The notes: generated from the sequence alone by a model not told the origin. Counted from the stretch's first letter, positions 11,927-24,420 are shown. The stretch: DNA of 64,000 nt from Hamiltosporidium tvaerminnensis FI-OER-3-3 (GCA_022605425.2 JAKIMF020000007.1:1054001-1118000); one strand, 5' to 3'. Program-made: numbers and translations.

Positions 11927-14900
11927 GGTTATATTTTTTAAATAATATATAAAAATGGTAAAAAGTTAGTTTAGAATACACTCGTGTTACAAAGTACTCG
12001 CGAGGTCAGACTACGTTCAATTCCATGGAGCAAAAAGACACACTGTGACTGGCAGCGCGAAAGCGCTGCGTCGCTGTTTTCGAGACAAATGAACGAAGCG
12101 CATTCGCGCCGCGTAGCAGTCAAACGGTTAAACAACAACACTGTGTATAAAACTATATTCCGAGTGTTCATAATAAAGTATTTTGTCTTTGATTTCTATT
12201 TTGTTTCCATTAGTTATAGTCTCAAACAAAGTCTTATAAATCTGAAAAACAAAAAAAGAAACACCTAAAAAACATTAAAAAACGCATGAAGAAGCGCCAT
12301 AGTGGCTGTTGTTCTTTTAAATGAATCGCATTATAAACATTTATAAAGTAAATTATGCATGTCTTCTGCACTATATTTGGGTTCTATTCTTCTATCTGTA
12401 TAAAGATAGCGGGAAAAAATGCAAATCTATGAATATCAGAAATAGATCGATGAACTTGAATACCTTTATCTTTAAGCGCTAGACATAAATGCAGAGGTCT
12501 TTGTTTCTACTGGTTCGATGTAATTATCATCAAATCAAATATATTGGTTTGTTTGAAAATGTGCGATCAAAAAATCAGTTACTTTCAATCTTAAATCATC
12601 TTCTATTGTTTAATTATCCAGTTTGAAATCAGAATACTATGATTTCTTTGTAGAAAATTTAAAATATCCAACATTTATTTCCTTATAAATTTAAATTTTT
12701 TAAGATTTCTCCTATTTATAGCAAATGACGATCTATTTTTCAGGTGATAACAACAAAAAGATAAATATTTGCACGATTCTCTCGGTATGCGTAGAATTTG
12801 ACAATTTTTCGTGTTTTAAGTATTTTTAAACAATTTTGCTGCTTTCAAATCTTCTTCCTCACCTTTATCTTGCATTTTTAAGCCATAGAAAATTTTGGTT
12901 GCGAATCTCTAGAACCAAAAAAACATCTTCTTGAACTCAATGTCTCAAGTATTTTAATAACCGGAATCTTTCAGATACGCCGCTCTTGATTATATTATAA
13001 ATCCGCTTGATTCATATTATACTCTTCTCACCAAATGACAATATTCTAAGCATAAGTAGTATAAAAGTAGATTTTATAAAATTTTTAGGCAATTGATGCA
13101 TTTATAGTTGATACAAACATTTTATTAATAAAAAATGATTCATATTGAATTTACGATAAAATATATTTGTATGTAAATATCAAAATACTTTGATATATAT
13201 GCACCAGATTTCCATTTAATTTCTTTTTGATTCATTCAACTATCAAATCTATGTTAAAAAAATTTAACACATTTCTTATGAATAATTTTTCTTTTTACGA
13301 TCATTATCAGAAAAATATATTAAACGTTTTTTTAGATAAATTTTGAGTTAGTTTCGATCAAAAAAACAAAAATTCTAAAATTAATGAATTATAAATACAT
13401 TCGGTATCAATAGAAGATTTATTATAAATAAAATATAAAATTGAAGAAATTATGAAAAAAAACACGATTAAAAAATTTAAAATCGAAACCAGAGTAAAAA
13501 GTTAATCTGAAATATACATATAGGAGAGATTATATTTCTATAATTGTCTTACTGGATTATGTTTTAAGAAACGATAATTTAAATCACAGAGAAGCTATTT
13601 TTTTTCAAGACTATTTTTTAATATATTTGGGTGTACTGAAGAAAATGATTTATATGTAGAAACTCGATAAAAATGAAATTGAATCACAAAATTTAGTAAG
13701 AAACCTGAAAAAATACACATGAAGACCATAATAGTCGATTGAATGAGAATTTTTAGTGAATTAATTTGCCTTCCAAATAAATTCATTTATATAATTCAGT
13801 AATGTCTCGACAACAGCAACGAATCACTTCGAAATGTTTAATTGGTTAGAAAAATACAAGGCACCAACGAGAATATTTTGATTAAGAATATAAATCTTAT
13901 AATTTGTTTACAAATATTACATAATCATTAATAGTGGGCAGAAGTAGAACATGAAATATGTAGAAAGATTTTATGCTCAAAAAAATATATACACTAACTA
14001 TTGTTAAAAGTCTTTCTGGATTGTAGTACATCATAGATTGCCATTAAGAAATAAATTTCTGATATTTTTATAAGGATATAATATAAATCACTTTCATTGA
14101 TATTTTTTCAAATAATTTTTCACCTGAAACTATAATTATAGTAGTAGAGACAAGATAATTCATTTAAATCTTTTTTTTAGCAATTTATTTAAGTTCTTAT
14201 CAATGATAGCATAAAACAAATATTGCTCGCATATTCTCCTGTAATTTTATAGCTCTTAAATTAAAAGATTTTTAATAAAAGTAATTAAAAATTAAACAAC
14301 TAAGATTCAACTAATACAGCATATTGCTAAGAAAAATGCTTCGATCGAATAAATTTCAACGAGAGAGAAGAAACAATGGAATAAAAATGGATGTTAAAAT
14401 GTATATTATAAATAGAAAATTCAGAGTTGGTAATCCAGAAAAACCAGGGACAGGTAGATCAGAAGATGGACAATATGGTAATAAAAATGAACTTAAAACT
14501 TTAAAGAAATTTGTAAAGTAGCAAAAAAAAATTATGAAATAGTAAAAAAAATTTAAAATAAACAGATTAAGTGAAAATATAAAATCTCAATTACTGGATT
14601 GAAAAATCTTAGCACAACTAAAACGTCTAAGAAAATTAGTAAACATATTTCGTTTATAATTTTCTCCCAAATCTAAAATTAAGGTCGTTTTCAAGAGCTT
14701 AACCGCTAGAAAAATTTATTCTAAAAAATCAGTAGGCATTCTCTGGCTTTGAAATTTCCGAAAAATATGTATGGATAAATAGAAATTAAAAGGGATAAAT
14801 TCGATGTAAATTTTTGAATAAATGCTTATAGTCAATTCTAGATAAAATTTTTTTATAAAATATCGCTTGTTGTGGTCGAGATTATTTTTCGAGATTCGTT

Positions 14901-15058
14901 TCAAATTTTTTAAATCGATAAATAAGGTAGCAAATATTTGCAAACAGTTTATTTCATCATGTATTTAGTAGTATAGAAAGTATAAAAGTTGGCTAATATG
15001 TTACTTTTTCTACAACAGTTCAAAATGTATCTGAAAAAGGTTATTAATTAGATTAAGA

Positions 15059-16228
15059 GGTCTGCATTATAATGAAGACTAGAGGAAATTTTTTTATTTT
15101 TATCTTTAAATAACGTGTTTGACATCAGTAGATTAAAATATTATAAAATATATACGATTTAAATAGATATTTAAATTTCACATTAAAATTATCTGACTTG
15201 AAAGTAAATGAATTTTCCAGTCATAGGACTCTTCGGAGAGTGGAGAGCTATTTATCAAAATCTCTAAAATGCAAAAAAACGGCAGTAGTTAAGAGATGAA
15301 TTTTCTATTAGAATAAATCGATTAATTTAAGTCATGTTCAGTCTGTAATAGAACACCAAACAGTTCAATTCTTACTCTAGGAAAGATTCATTCCCGCTGT
15401 TCGTTTTGTGATAGAAACATACCGAATATTTTTCAATAAATTGAAAACATTAAAATTGGAATTAATGATATATTACAATCATTTTGGAGTTCACATTGAA
15501 ACATATGAAAGCCATTTAAAGCAATGCATAGTTTCTCAGATGCAATGATAGCAGACTTTATATAAGACCTGATATCGCTAATAAAAAACAATTGATTGTA
15601 TTTTAAATAATAAATTTACGGATTTGGAGAAATATTTGAAATAGACGAAACATTTATAGGCAATGAAAATATAATGAAGGCCTCGTTATTGGTTAACGAT
15701 GGGTATTTAGAGCTATTTCGGGAACAACAAAGAAGTTCTGAATGCAAATTGTTCCAAATAGAACGTTAAGTGTTTTGAAAACTACTATTTATAATTCTAT
15801 ATCTTTAAGAAACACAATATACACCGATCACACATGCTCCTACCTACTAATAGTTAGAAGGAATCAACTTTTTCTCATGGCTGTGAAATATTCAACAAAT
15901 TTTGTATCAGAATCAGGTATTACTACAAGTACAATTCAAAATACTATAAAGAGATTTAAAAGGGTTAAAACGAAACATAATCTTAACACTAGGCTCAAAT
16001 TGCATGATTATATTTACGAATTTTTTTTTAGGATGAATCATCAATGTAAAGCTCGAAGTACTTCCGTATTAAAAATTTTTAAAACTTTATACTGACTAAA
16101 GTGAATTTATTCAAGATCATTATATTCAAATATAAATATTATACCAATTTGTTATTTAAAGGTGGAAATAAAACGAATACTTTCTTCTTAAAATTTTTTC
16201 CCCTATGGTCTTCATATAAAGTCCAACC
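15059..16228 (+). mobile_element. Degraded Merlin / IS1595 (ISXO2-like) DNA transposon
   Basis: Broken transposase reading GEIFEIDETFIG..KYNEG...RWVF...QIVPNRT...TIYTD...NFVSESGITTSTIQN...YIYEFFFR. Degenerate GG-start TIRs: GGTCTGCATTATAATGAAGAC (15059) and the reverse complement GGTTGGACTTTATATGAAGAC (ending 16228). No clear TSD. Confidence 0.75.
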
Positions 16229-17692
16229 GAGATAAATTAGATGTATATGTTTATTCGATTATGTACAAAAAGACATTCAAGCTCATTTCTTATGATAGAC
16301 GAATGAATTTGGTTCATCACCAAAAACCTAGTACGGTTTGTAAGAGCATCATTAAATTCCATAGTGAGCCGAAAGATCAGATCAACTTATATTTTTTTAT
16401 AAAATATTTACCAAAGTGAGAAAGTATTAAGACAGTAAAGAAGCAAAATATAAGATCGTTTATTTAGAAGTAAGATCATCGAAAAAGATCTAACCAAAAA
16501 TTGCATATCTTCTTAGTCTATTATAGTAAAAAATATCAAATTTATGTAAAAACTATCTATAATGTTAAGAAAAAGACAAAATACTTAACTCGACATTTAA
16601 AAAAATCTACAATCAATTTCTTCTAAACATATATTTAAAGAAATAGTAGATCCGCTTATAAGGTTGCACTAATATACAATTTTTTAATTTATCTAATAAT
16701 TTTTAATTTAATTTTTTACCAATAATATTAGATTAAATATTTTTTAATTTATCTAATAATTTTAATATTATTTTTTCAAATCATTTTGCTACCAATAATA
16801 GTAGATTTGATATTTTTTAAGATAAATCATTAAATATATTGGCTGAAACGACAATAAAGTATCAATAAGATATGTAAGAATAATTTTAAGTAGAATATTA
16901 TATTTTGTTTGTATGAAAAGAAATAAGTTCAAATTTACTTTTTAATTTTAAATTGGGTAAAAAAGAATATAATCGTAACACATTTTAGGCCTAAAATGAT
17001 TTTTTTTAGATTCAAATATTTTAATGGTTAACATGGTGATTCAAATTTTAAACTTTGAATTTTATTTGATAAAAATCACATCATTTTATAAATATAATAA
17101 ATATTATATTATTCTTATGTATTAATCAGATCATGGTAATAGATAGATAACTGCACTCTAACATTCGAATTACCTCATACGATACCTATATATCAAAGAT
17201 TTTCAAATAAACGGTATGTAGAGCTCATTTTTTAGGTGAAATCGGTTCCTTTGATTCATAAATATTCTTTTGCCGTAGTCTGACTGAATATTGATTACCC
17301 TCAGACTGACACAATACCAGTACCACGCCGAGTTACTCTGCACTTTCAGGGCTAAATAACTTTCACCTAAAATATATGTAAGCGGCTCACATGAGTTCAT
17401 TTAGATATTGAGATTCTATACCAACAAATACAGCCATCTACTTAGCTTTCTTGTCTTTTTAATTAGGTGTGTTTTTTTTGCATCACCAGGTTCATGTTCG
17501 TTATAGGCGAGCAAGTAAGACTAGAGTTTCCATGTTTTAGCATAGTAATCACCTACAGGCTTGGTTGTGGTTTCCAATCTAGTTACATTGTAATCTATAA
17601 AATAATTTTATAAAAAAATTGCCTGCTTCGTAGATGTTTTCATTCTTAAAGATTCCATTAATACAACCAACAAAAACGCCGTGTTATTTTTA

Positions 17693-17882
17693 CGAATCTA
17701 AATGGCGCTACAGCTCTTAAAGAGCCCGAGCGGAAGACACTTTTTTTCTAATTTTCTTATTTCGTTTCAATTTGTATCAATATGGTTTGTAACAAAGGCG
17801 GTTTAGAGTTATGCCCAATACTCCTCTTTTATCCGGGCTTGAAACCGACAGAGCAGAACTCATCGTATCTCTGGCAGAGTCT
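17693..17882 (-). mobile_element. 190-bp RTE-type SINE with a twister-ribozyme 5' end
   Basis: The 3' end GGGCTCTTTAAGAGCTGTAGCGCCA (hairpin + CTGTAGCGCCA) is typical of RTE termini. Imperfect TSD GTGTTATTTTTA (17681-17692) / GTGTTTTTTA (17883-17892). Confidence 0.7.
17815..17882 (-). ncRNA. Degenerate type-P1 twister ribozyme (3' cleavage-product portion)
   Basis: The sense strand reads AGACUCUGCC-AGAG..CUCU-GUCGGUUUCAAGCCCGGAUAAAAGAGGAGUA. It matches 26/32 to the canonical twister core as recalled (UGCCGGUCCCAAGCCCGGAUAAAAGUGGAGGG). P2 (CUCU/AGAG), P3 (AGAG/CUCU) and P4 (UCG/CGG) can form; pseudoknot T1 is mutated. Confidence 0.7.
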
Positions 17883-17970
17883 GTGTTTTTTATACTCCCA
17901 AAAAGTAAACAATGTATTTTTCGCAAATTTTTTGTTTTATTCTCCATCCTTCACCAAAGATTAAAAAAAC

Positions 17971-18143
17971 AAAAAATAGACTCTAAATATAAGAAAAAAG
18001 TAAATTTAGTATAAAAAAATAAGTTTCTCTACTCAAATACATTTTTATAATCAAAAAATAGACTCTAAATATAATAAAAAAGTAAATTTAGTATAAAACA
18101 ATAAGTTTCTCTACTCAAATACATTTTTATAATCAAAAAATAG
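17971..18143. repeat. 82-bp tandem duplication (~2.1 copies)
   Basis: The unit AAAAAATAGACTCTAAATAT...CATTTTTATAATC starts at 17971 and 18053. Confidence 0.9.
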
Positions 18144-18420
18144 AAAAATAGCAAAAATAAACTACAATTTTTTTAATAAATTATTAACTAACAGAGATAC
18201 TAGTAAAACCAAGCCATTTAAATTGATTAAAAAAATAATTTCAAAATTATTTATTTCCCCAAATAAATCATTTTTCTTGGGATAAAATTTCCTTTTAAAA
18301 ACCAAAAAATCTCTGTTTTATAATAAATATATTTCTCTTTTAAGTAAATTCTTTCAAAATAAATTTATAATCAAACAAAACTTCCTAGAAATAAATATTC
18401 TAAATTTAACTTCAAATTCT

Positions 18421-21400
18421 TTAAACTACGAAATATAATCCAGAACCAATTAAACTTAAAATAAATGTACAGAAAGCAGATACTTTAAGATATATACCCA
18501 CATTATCTTTTTTTACTGGTTCTACTTCATTATTAGAGTTATCATTTGGTTTAAGATCATAATTGGTGGAATTAGTACTTAAACTACAAAAGAAACTACT
18601 TATTTCCTCCGATTCAATTCTATCTTTAAATTGGCTTATACAACTTTCATATTCTGATGTTACTTCAGAACTGCTACATACGGTTTCTTGAAAAGAATAA
18701 AACTGATCATTCACAATGAAATTATTGATATCCTTGAAGACATGTTCCAATTTACTTAAAAAAAATTCATTCGAAATTTTTTTATTTCTTAAAATTTCTT
18801 TTTTAAAAATATTTTTAATTTTTATAAAATATTCTTCTTTTTCTAAAATCTTTCTTAAATCTTTATCTTCACAATTCCTATTTAAAAAATTTAAAACATC
18901 TCTTCTTGAAACAATTTTTGCTTCGCTACTGTCTGAATTAACTTCATCAAATTCTGAATTTATTTCAGATGCTTCATTGGTTGATTCGCCTGAATCATAA
19001 GGTGTATCTTTAAAAAAACACATACCTTTCTTCAAAAAAAAGGCTGGAAGATAACAAAAATTTATGTATTTTTCTTTGATTTTCTTAAAAGCTCGAACCA
19101 AATAATTGTCAGTCTTTTTAATATCATCCGGTGATGTCAAAACCACCTCTACAATATTTTTTCCTTTTTCTACTTTCTTTGACCGTTCTGAACCACTCGT
19201 ACAACTAAGAAATTCACTGTTCGATTCACAAGAAATTTCACATTCACTTTCCGTTGATTCCCCAGGCAATGGAATGGGTTTTGGATTCTTCAAAATTCGG
19301 TTTTTTCGCTCCGCTCGCTGCTTTAAAACTTCATAATTTCTCACAAAAGGATTTAAATTTTCAGAAGAAATCGACACAAATTCTTCTCGATCACTAAATT
19401 CATCACCAGATAGTAGTTCTTTAAAAATTTTAATATCTTCTTCTATTTCTCTCAATGCTTTTCTATCCTTTCGTTGCTTTCTTTTTTCCTTCATCTCTTC
19501 TGTCACAAAAGACTCTTCCTTCTCTTTCGATTCAGAAGTTATCTCGAAAATAGAATCAGAAGTTGATTCAATGGTCGACTCTAACCCTTTGTTATGTTGT
19601 TCGTTTCTTATATTTTTTAGAGATGGATTTTCCGAGGAACTCAAAGACGACAAATATATAGAAAAATCAGAACTATCGTCATGGCTCAAGTCATTACACG
19701 TGAGATAGTCAACTGATTCGCATAGAGTATCTTCATCTTCTATATCGGTTGAATCACCTTCGTTTTCAACTTTATCTATACCTCCATCTTTGATTTCATC
19801 TTCAATTTCATTTCTATCTTTAACTAAGACTTTACTCTCACCTTCAAATTCTTCTTCATTTTTATCCTCTTCTTCGTTTTCATCCTCTTCTTTACTTGCA
19901 TTCCTTTTATTATTACCGACTCCATTCTCACCTTCAATTTCATCTTCTATTATACGGGTTTTTTCAGGAGAAATTGCCTTTCCATCAAGAAAATTTTCAA
20001 AAGCCGAAGTAAAATTTATTGTTTTGTTCAAATCAAAAGGCGTTTTTATGGTATCTTCTGAGGTTACAAAAGAGCCATGGTTAAGTGTAGAATTTATTGG
20101 AGTGTTGGTTGAAAAGTGAATAGATTTGCAACGTGAAATTCGTGATTCTGAACGGATTTTGTTTCTATGTTTCGTTTTAAAGAGTCTTGGGTTTCTGAAA
20201 TTACGGTTTACTAGAGAAGAAGGATTTTTACTTTTACTACTTGAAATTCGACTCGTATGGCTTCTTGGTGTCAAAAAACCCGTGGTTTCTATATCTGATT
20301 CGCTTGGTGTCTCTGTACTTGGAATTTGACTCGTATGGCTTCTTGGCGTCAAAAAACCCGTGGTTTCTATATCTGATTCGCATAGTGTCTCTGTACTTGA
20401 AATTTGACTCGTATGGCTTCTTGGCGTCAAAAAACCCGTGGTTTCTATATCTGATTCGCATAGTGTCTCTGTACTTGAAATTCGACTCGTATGGCTTCTT
20501 GGCGTCAAAAAACCCGTGGTTTCTATATCTGATTCGCATAGTGTCTCTGTACTTGAAATTTGACTCGTATGGCTTCTTGGCGTCAAAAAACCCGTGGTTT
20601 CTATATCTGATTCGCATAGTGTCTCTGTACTTGGAATTTGACTCGTATGGCTTCTTGGCGTCAAAAAACCCGTGGTTTCTATATCTGATTCGCTTGGTGT
20701 CTCTGTACTTGAAATTTGACTCGTATGGCTTCTTGGTGTCAAAAAACCCGTGGTTTCTATATCTGATTCGCTTGGTGTCTCTGTACTTGAAATTTGACTC
20801 GTATGGCTTCTTGGTGTTAAGCAGATAGAAACTCCTGTGTTTGATTCGCTTATGGCGTCTTGTGACATGTATTCTATATCTTTACTGTTTGAAGTATATT
20901 GGTCTTTAGTTTCAAACTCTGATTCGATTGAAATATCAAAAGAAGAATATTCGCTCATTTGACTTCTTACTGTATATTGATCTAAACTCTGATAATCTGA
21001 TTCATATGAACTTTTCGTACCTTGAATTTCATTGGGACCGGTTTTTGCGGATTCCTCAAGTGGAGTCTGATAATCTGATTCATATGAACTTTTCGTACCT
21101 TGAAATTCATTGGGACCGGTTTTTGCGGATTCCTCAAGTGGAGTCTGATAATCTGATTCACAAGAACTTTTCGTACCTTGAATTTCATTGGGACCGGTTT
21201 TTACAAATTCATCAACTGGAGTCTGATAATCCGATTCATATGAACTTTTCGTACCTTGAAATTCATTGGGACCGGTTTTTGCGGATTCCTCAACTGGAGT
21301 CTGATAATCTGATTCATTCAAGTTTTCTGTGCTCGAAGTCTCTTTTGCAGGACTTATAGGTGTCAAATAAACGAGGTTTTCAATGTCTGTTTCGCTTGAA

Positions 21401-22527
21401 GTCTTCGTATTACAGATTTCACTTGACTGTCCTCCTGAGATAGTCTGGTTCAAAATGTCATTTTTTGATCGAATTAGAGTATCCAATGATATATATTCAC
21501 TCACCGAACTTCTTGAAGTATCTTGGATTAATATTTCATCATTTGACTTACTTGAAGTCTTCATAATCGACATTTCACTTGTATGGGTTTTTGGTGAATC
21601 TTGTCCCTTGTTTTCATTTTCTGTTTCCATAAAACTCTTAGAAGATATATTTTTACTGACATTGCTTCTTGTGCCATCTTGCTCTGTGATTTCATGTGTA
21701 AGATCCTTTGGAGTCTCTCGTGAGACATATTTACTCGCAGGACTGCTTGAGTCATCAACTTGACCTTCACTCTCATCTTTTGATTCACCCGGTGTCTTAA
21801 TACTAGATATTTCATTCATTTGTTCTCTTGGTAGTGAGATATTCCGAGTCTTCATTCTCTCCAACCTTCCCTTCCTCATTATCCCCATCTGGTATTATAT
21901 CAGTAATACTTTCCATTCCCCTAATCATTAAGTTTCTCATGTCACTTTTATTTCCATCATCTCTTATTCTGACCATCTTTCTATATTTATATTAACATCA
22001 ACTTCAAAGCATTTTCTGTCACCCGATTGATCAATTTCTTCAAAAATTTCTTTAATACATATTTTTTGAACACCGTTTTCTAAACATTCTTTAATCCTTT
22101 CACCGTTCATAGAAATAGCGACTTTTGGTATGGAAATATTATCTTCTGTATTAAATGCTTCTTTTAATTCTTCATTCGTTTCATTCTCTGGATTTACACT
22201 GTCTTTTTGATCATTTTTTACCAATAATGGAGCCTCTCTATCATTCAATTCTTCATTCGTTTCATTCTCCGTATTTACACTGTCTTTTTTATCATTTTTT
22301 ACCAATAATGGAGCCTCTCTATCATTAAATTCTTCATTCGGTTCATTCTCTGTATTTACATAACCAACATTTCCTTCTGTGCCTTTACCAACCTTTCCTT
22401 TAATGTATTCACTTCCATTTACATCAGACTCAAACAACCTCTTAAATATTTCATCAGAAAAGGTACTTGAATAACTGCTGTGTTCGGATTCACTTTTTAT
22501 TAGAAATATAAACAGTAAGAGAATCAT
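18421..22527 (-). CDS. Large Ser/Thr/Glu-rich repeat-containing, signal-peptide, C-terminally anchored (putative surface/spore) protein, ~1368 aa reconstructed
   Basis: ATG at 22527 is preceded by a CCC motif (GGG at 22544-22546 on +) and starts the signal-like MILLLFIFLIKS. ORFs 21964-22557 and 18421-21888 are bridged by an open alternative frame (KMVRIRDDGN...EDSEYLT) via a -1 shift (~21979) and a +1 shift (~21832). C-terminal TM IYLKVSAFCTFILSLIGSGLYFVV. Confidence 0.75.
20239..20822 (-). repeat. Coding minisatellite, 78 bp x ~7.5 (FLTPRSHTSQISSTETxxESDIETTG)
   Basis: AAAAAACCCGTGGTTTCT recurs every 78 bp; 26-aa unit in the ORF. Confidence 0.95.
20989..21315 (-). repeat. Coding minisatellite, 78 bp x ~4 (ESDYQTPxEESAKTGPNExQGTKSSY)
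   Basis: CATTGGGACCGGTTTTT recurs every 78 bp; 26-aa unit. Confidence 0.95.
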
Positions 22528-22740
22528 GTTTTTATATATGAAAGGGTCTTTTTTCAAAGATAAATATATATTTTTTGTAACGAATAACTGAAAAAAAAAG
22601 AGATAAAACAGATATAAAAAAATTATTAGTAATATAAAAATAAATATTTCTTTAATGTAAGGTAGAAGTATTTTAAGGGAAATTACATGAAAGAATATAT
22701 AAATGATTTAGATCATAGTTATTTTTTTTTAAATAAAATC

Positions 22741-22894
22741 AAAATGATAAATTAAAATCTTAAGAGAGAATTTTAAAATGATAAATTAAAATCTTAAGAG
22801 AGAATTTCAAAATGATAAATTAAAATCTTAAGAGAGAATTTTAAAATGATAAATTAAAATCTTAAGAGAGAATTTCAAAATGATAAATTAAAAT
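22741..22894. repeat. 34-bp tandem repeat x ~4.5 upstream of the surface-protein gene
   Basis: AAAATGATAAATTAAAATCTTAAGAGAGAATTT(T/C), with the last base alternating T,C,T,C. Confidence 0.95.
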
Positions 22895-23696
22895 TTTTTT
22901 ATTTAAAATATATTTTGTTATTTGGAATATAATTTAATCTTTTCTATTAAATTTTATCAGATTTCATTTAAATCATTTTTAGTGTGAATTTTTTATTTCC
23001 TTTTATATATTTATATCACTTAAATGAAAAAAGATCTTAAATATGTTTTATCATTGTGGAATAGTTGCGATATGAGCTTTTCTTATCATCACTTAAGTGA
23101 AAAAAGATCTTAACTCTGTTCTATCTTTCTAATGTATTATCTAGTTAATTTAAATATTTTTTATCACTTAAATGAAAAATAATCTTAACTCTGTTCTATC
23201 TTTCTAATGTATTATTTAGTTAATTTAAATATTTTTTAACACTTAAATGTAAAATATTCTTTTGGATTTTTAAATTAAATACCTTATCATTTCACTAATT
23301 TGTAAAGATAAAGATATATTTTACCCTTAGAAAGCATATTATAAAATATTTTATCGTTCATAAATATATTTCAACATTTAAATCTTGCAATTACTTTTTT
23401 TAGAAATATTTTTTGTACGACACAAATATTCAAATACAAATTCATGAAAATAGTAGAACATAATCACAGGAAGTAATTATAAAATCAGATGAGAGAAATA
23501 GCAAAGTAATCCTTTAAATTAGAAGAGGAATAGTGTTTTGCTACATTTGAATAAAATTATATTCAAAAAATTAAAAGACACGTATCCGAGACATACATTT
23601 AATGTTTAAAATATTTTTTTTTGTACTTAGGCTATAAATCATGATTTTATAATAAAAATATAAGTATATAGATTACCGAGCAGTTAATACTATACT

Positions 23697-24420
23697 TTTA
23701 TTTATAATATTACATCTTTTTTTAAACAAAGGCGAGTTTAATATTTGTTTTCCTGACATTACCGTAGTTCTAGGTTTAACATAAATAACTGCTACCCCAA
23801 CACTCCATTAGTACCCCCTCCGAAACCTAAGTCCCAAAGCCTTTCATTTACCAGGTGTGTAGAACCTAATTAATAGACGAGATAGTTACTTGCAATTCGT
23901 AAATGTCCGTTGCATGGAGTGTGATCGAAGGCCGAAGCTCATTCTGTGGCTCTCAAGACCATGCGGATTCCTTCTTACTCTAAACTGTCTAACCTGATAA
24001 GCTTCCGGTAAAATATATCTCGGAGACTATTGTGAGTTTACCTATATAGGAAAAGTCATACCAACAGGTATTACATGCTACTTAGCTTCCGCGTTATAAA
24101 GGTTTTTAAATTTATATCTCTAAGGCGTTGAGTATTCTAACCCGAGTCAGCAAGGGTAGGTTTCCATGCTTTTACATGGTAATTACCTACATGTTCAGCT
24201 GCGGTCTGCAATCTAGTTACATAAAATACTACAAATAAATTTGTAGAAAAAGTTTCGTCGTTTCGTAGACCTCTCCTCCTCATACAAACTTCCATGAAAC
24301 AACCGAAGATGTATGTGTGGTTGTATTCCCACCAAATCATCCAAACAATGATCCTCACACCCGTTTCACTGACTCATTGCCAAGCAGGAAGTTTTTTATG
24401 TGGTTATCTTCCCTCTTCTA
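23697..24420 (-). repeat. Full-length copy A of the ~720-nt dispersed structured non-coding element
   Basis: Colinear end to end with 43434-44163, with long identical blocks; no shared long ORF; GC-rich island. Confidence 0.9.

Larger units (their letters stand above)
9846..12127 (-). mobile_element. Full-length piggyBac DNA transposon (2282 bp)
   Basis: TTAA at 9842-9845 and 12128-12131. The 14-bp TIRs CCGTTTGGCTGCTA (9846-9859) and TAGCAGTCAAACGG (12114-12127) match 13/14. It contains an internal transposase and is higher in GC than its flanks. Confidence 0.95.
9560..13100 (-). pseudogene. Decayed paralogue of the secreted kinase at 35114-36397, interrupted by piggyBac
   Basis: Colinear nucleotide similarity to the kinase, e.g. 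AATTTGACAATTTTTCGTGTTTTAAGTA (~12795) vs AATTTGACAATATTTTCGTGTTTTAAGTA (~36087), and AAAACTATATTCCGAGTGTTCATAA (~12149) vs AAAACTATATTCCGGATGTTCATAA (~35435). Removing the transposon gives CCC-LKEKNEFT vs CCC-SEDKKEFT. There are many stops and indels; ends are approximate. Confidence 0.8.
17110..17955 (-). repeat. Diverged full-length copy of the ~720-nt structured element, interrupted by a SINE
   Basis: Colinear blocks shared with 43434-44163: ATAACTGC, GATACCTA, TTACTCT.CACTTTC, ACATGAG, ATACCAACA, CTACTTAGC, GTTTCCATG, ACCTACA, CAATCT.GTTACAT. Homology resumes after 17883 (TCCCA..AAACAATG..TCCATCC). Confidence 0.75.

Noticed and set aside
18716-21815. Overlapping and antisense ORFs inside the large repeat protein (e.g. 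20241-20828, 20237-20617, 20928-21359)
   Set aside because: Shadow frames kept open by the 78-bp repeats and biased codon use.
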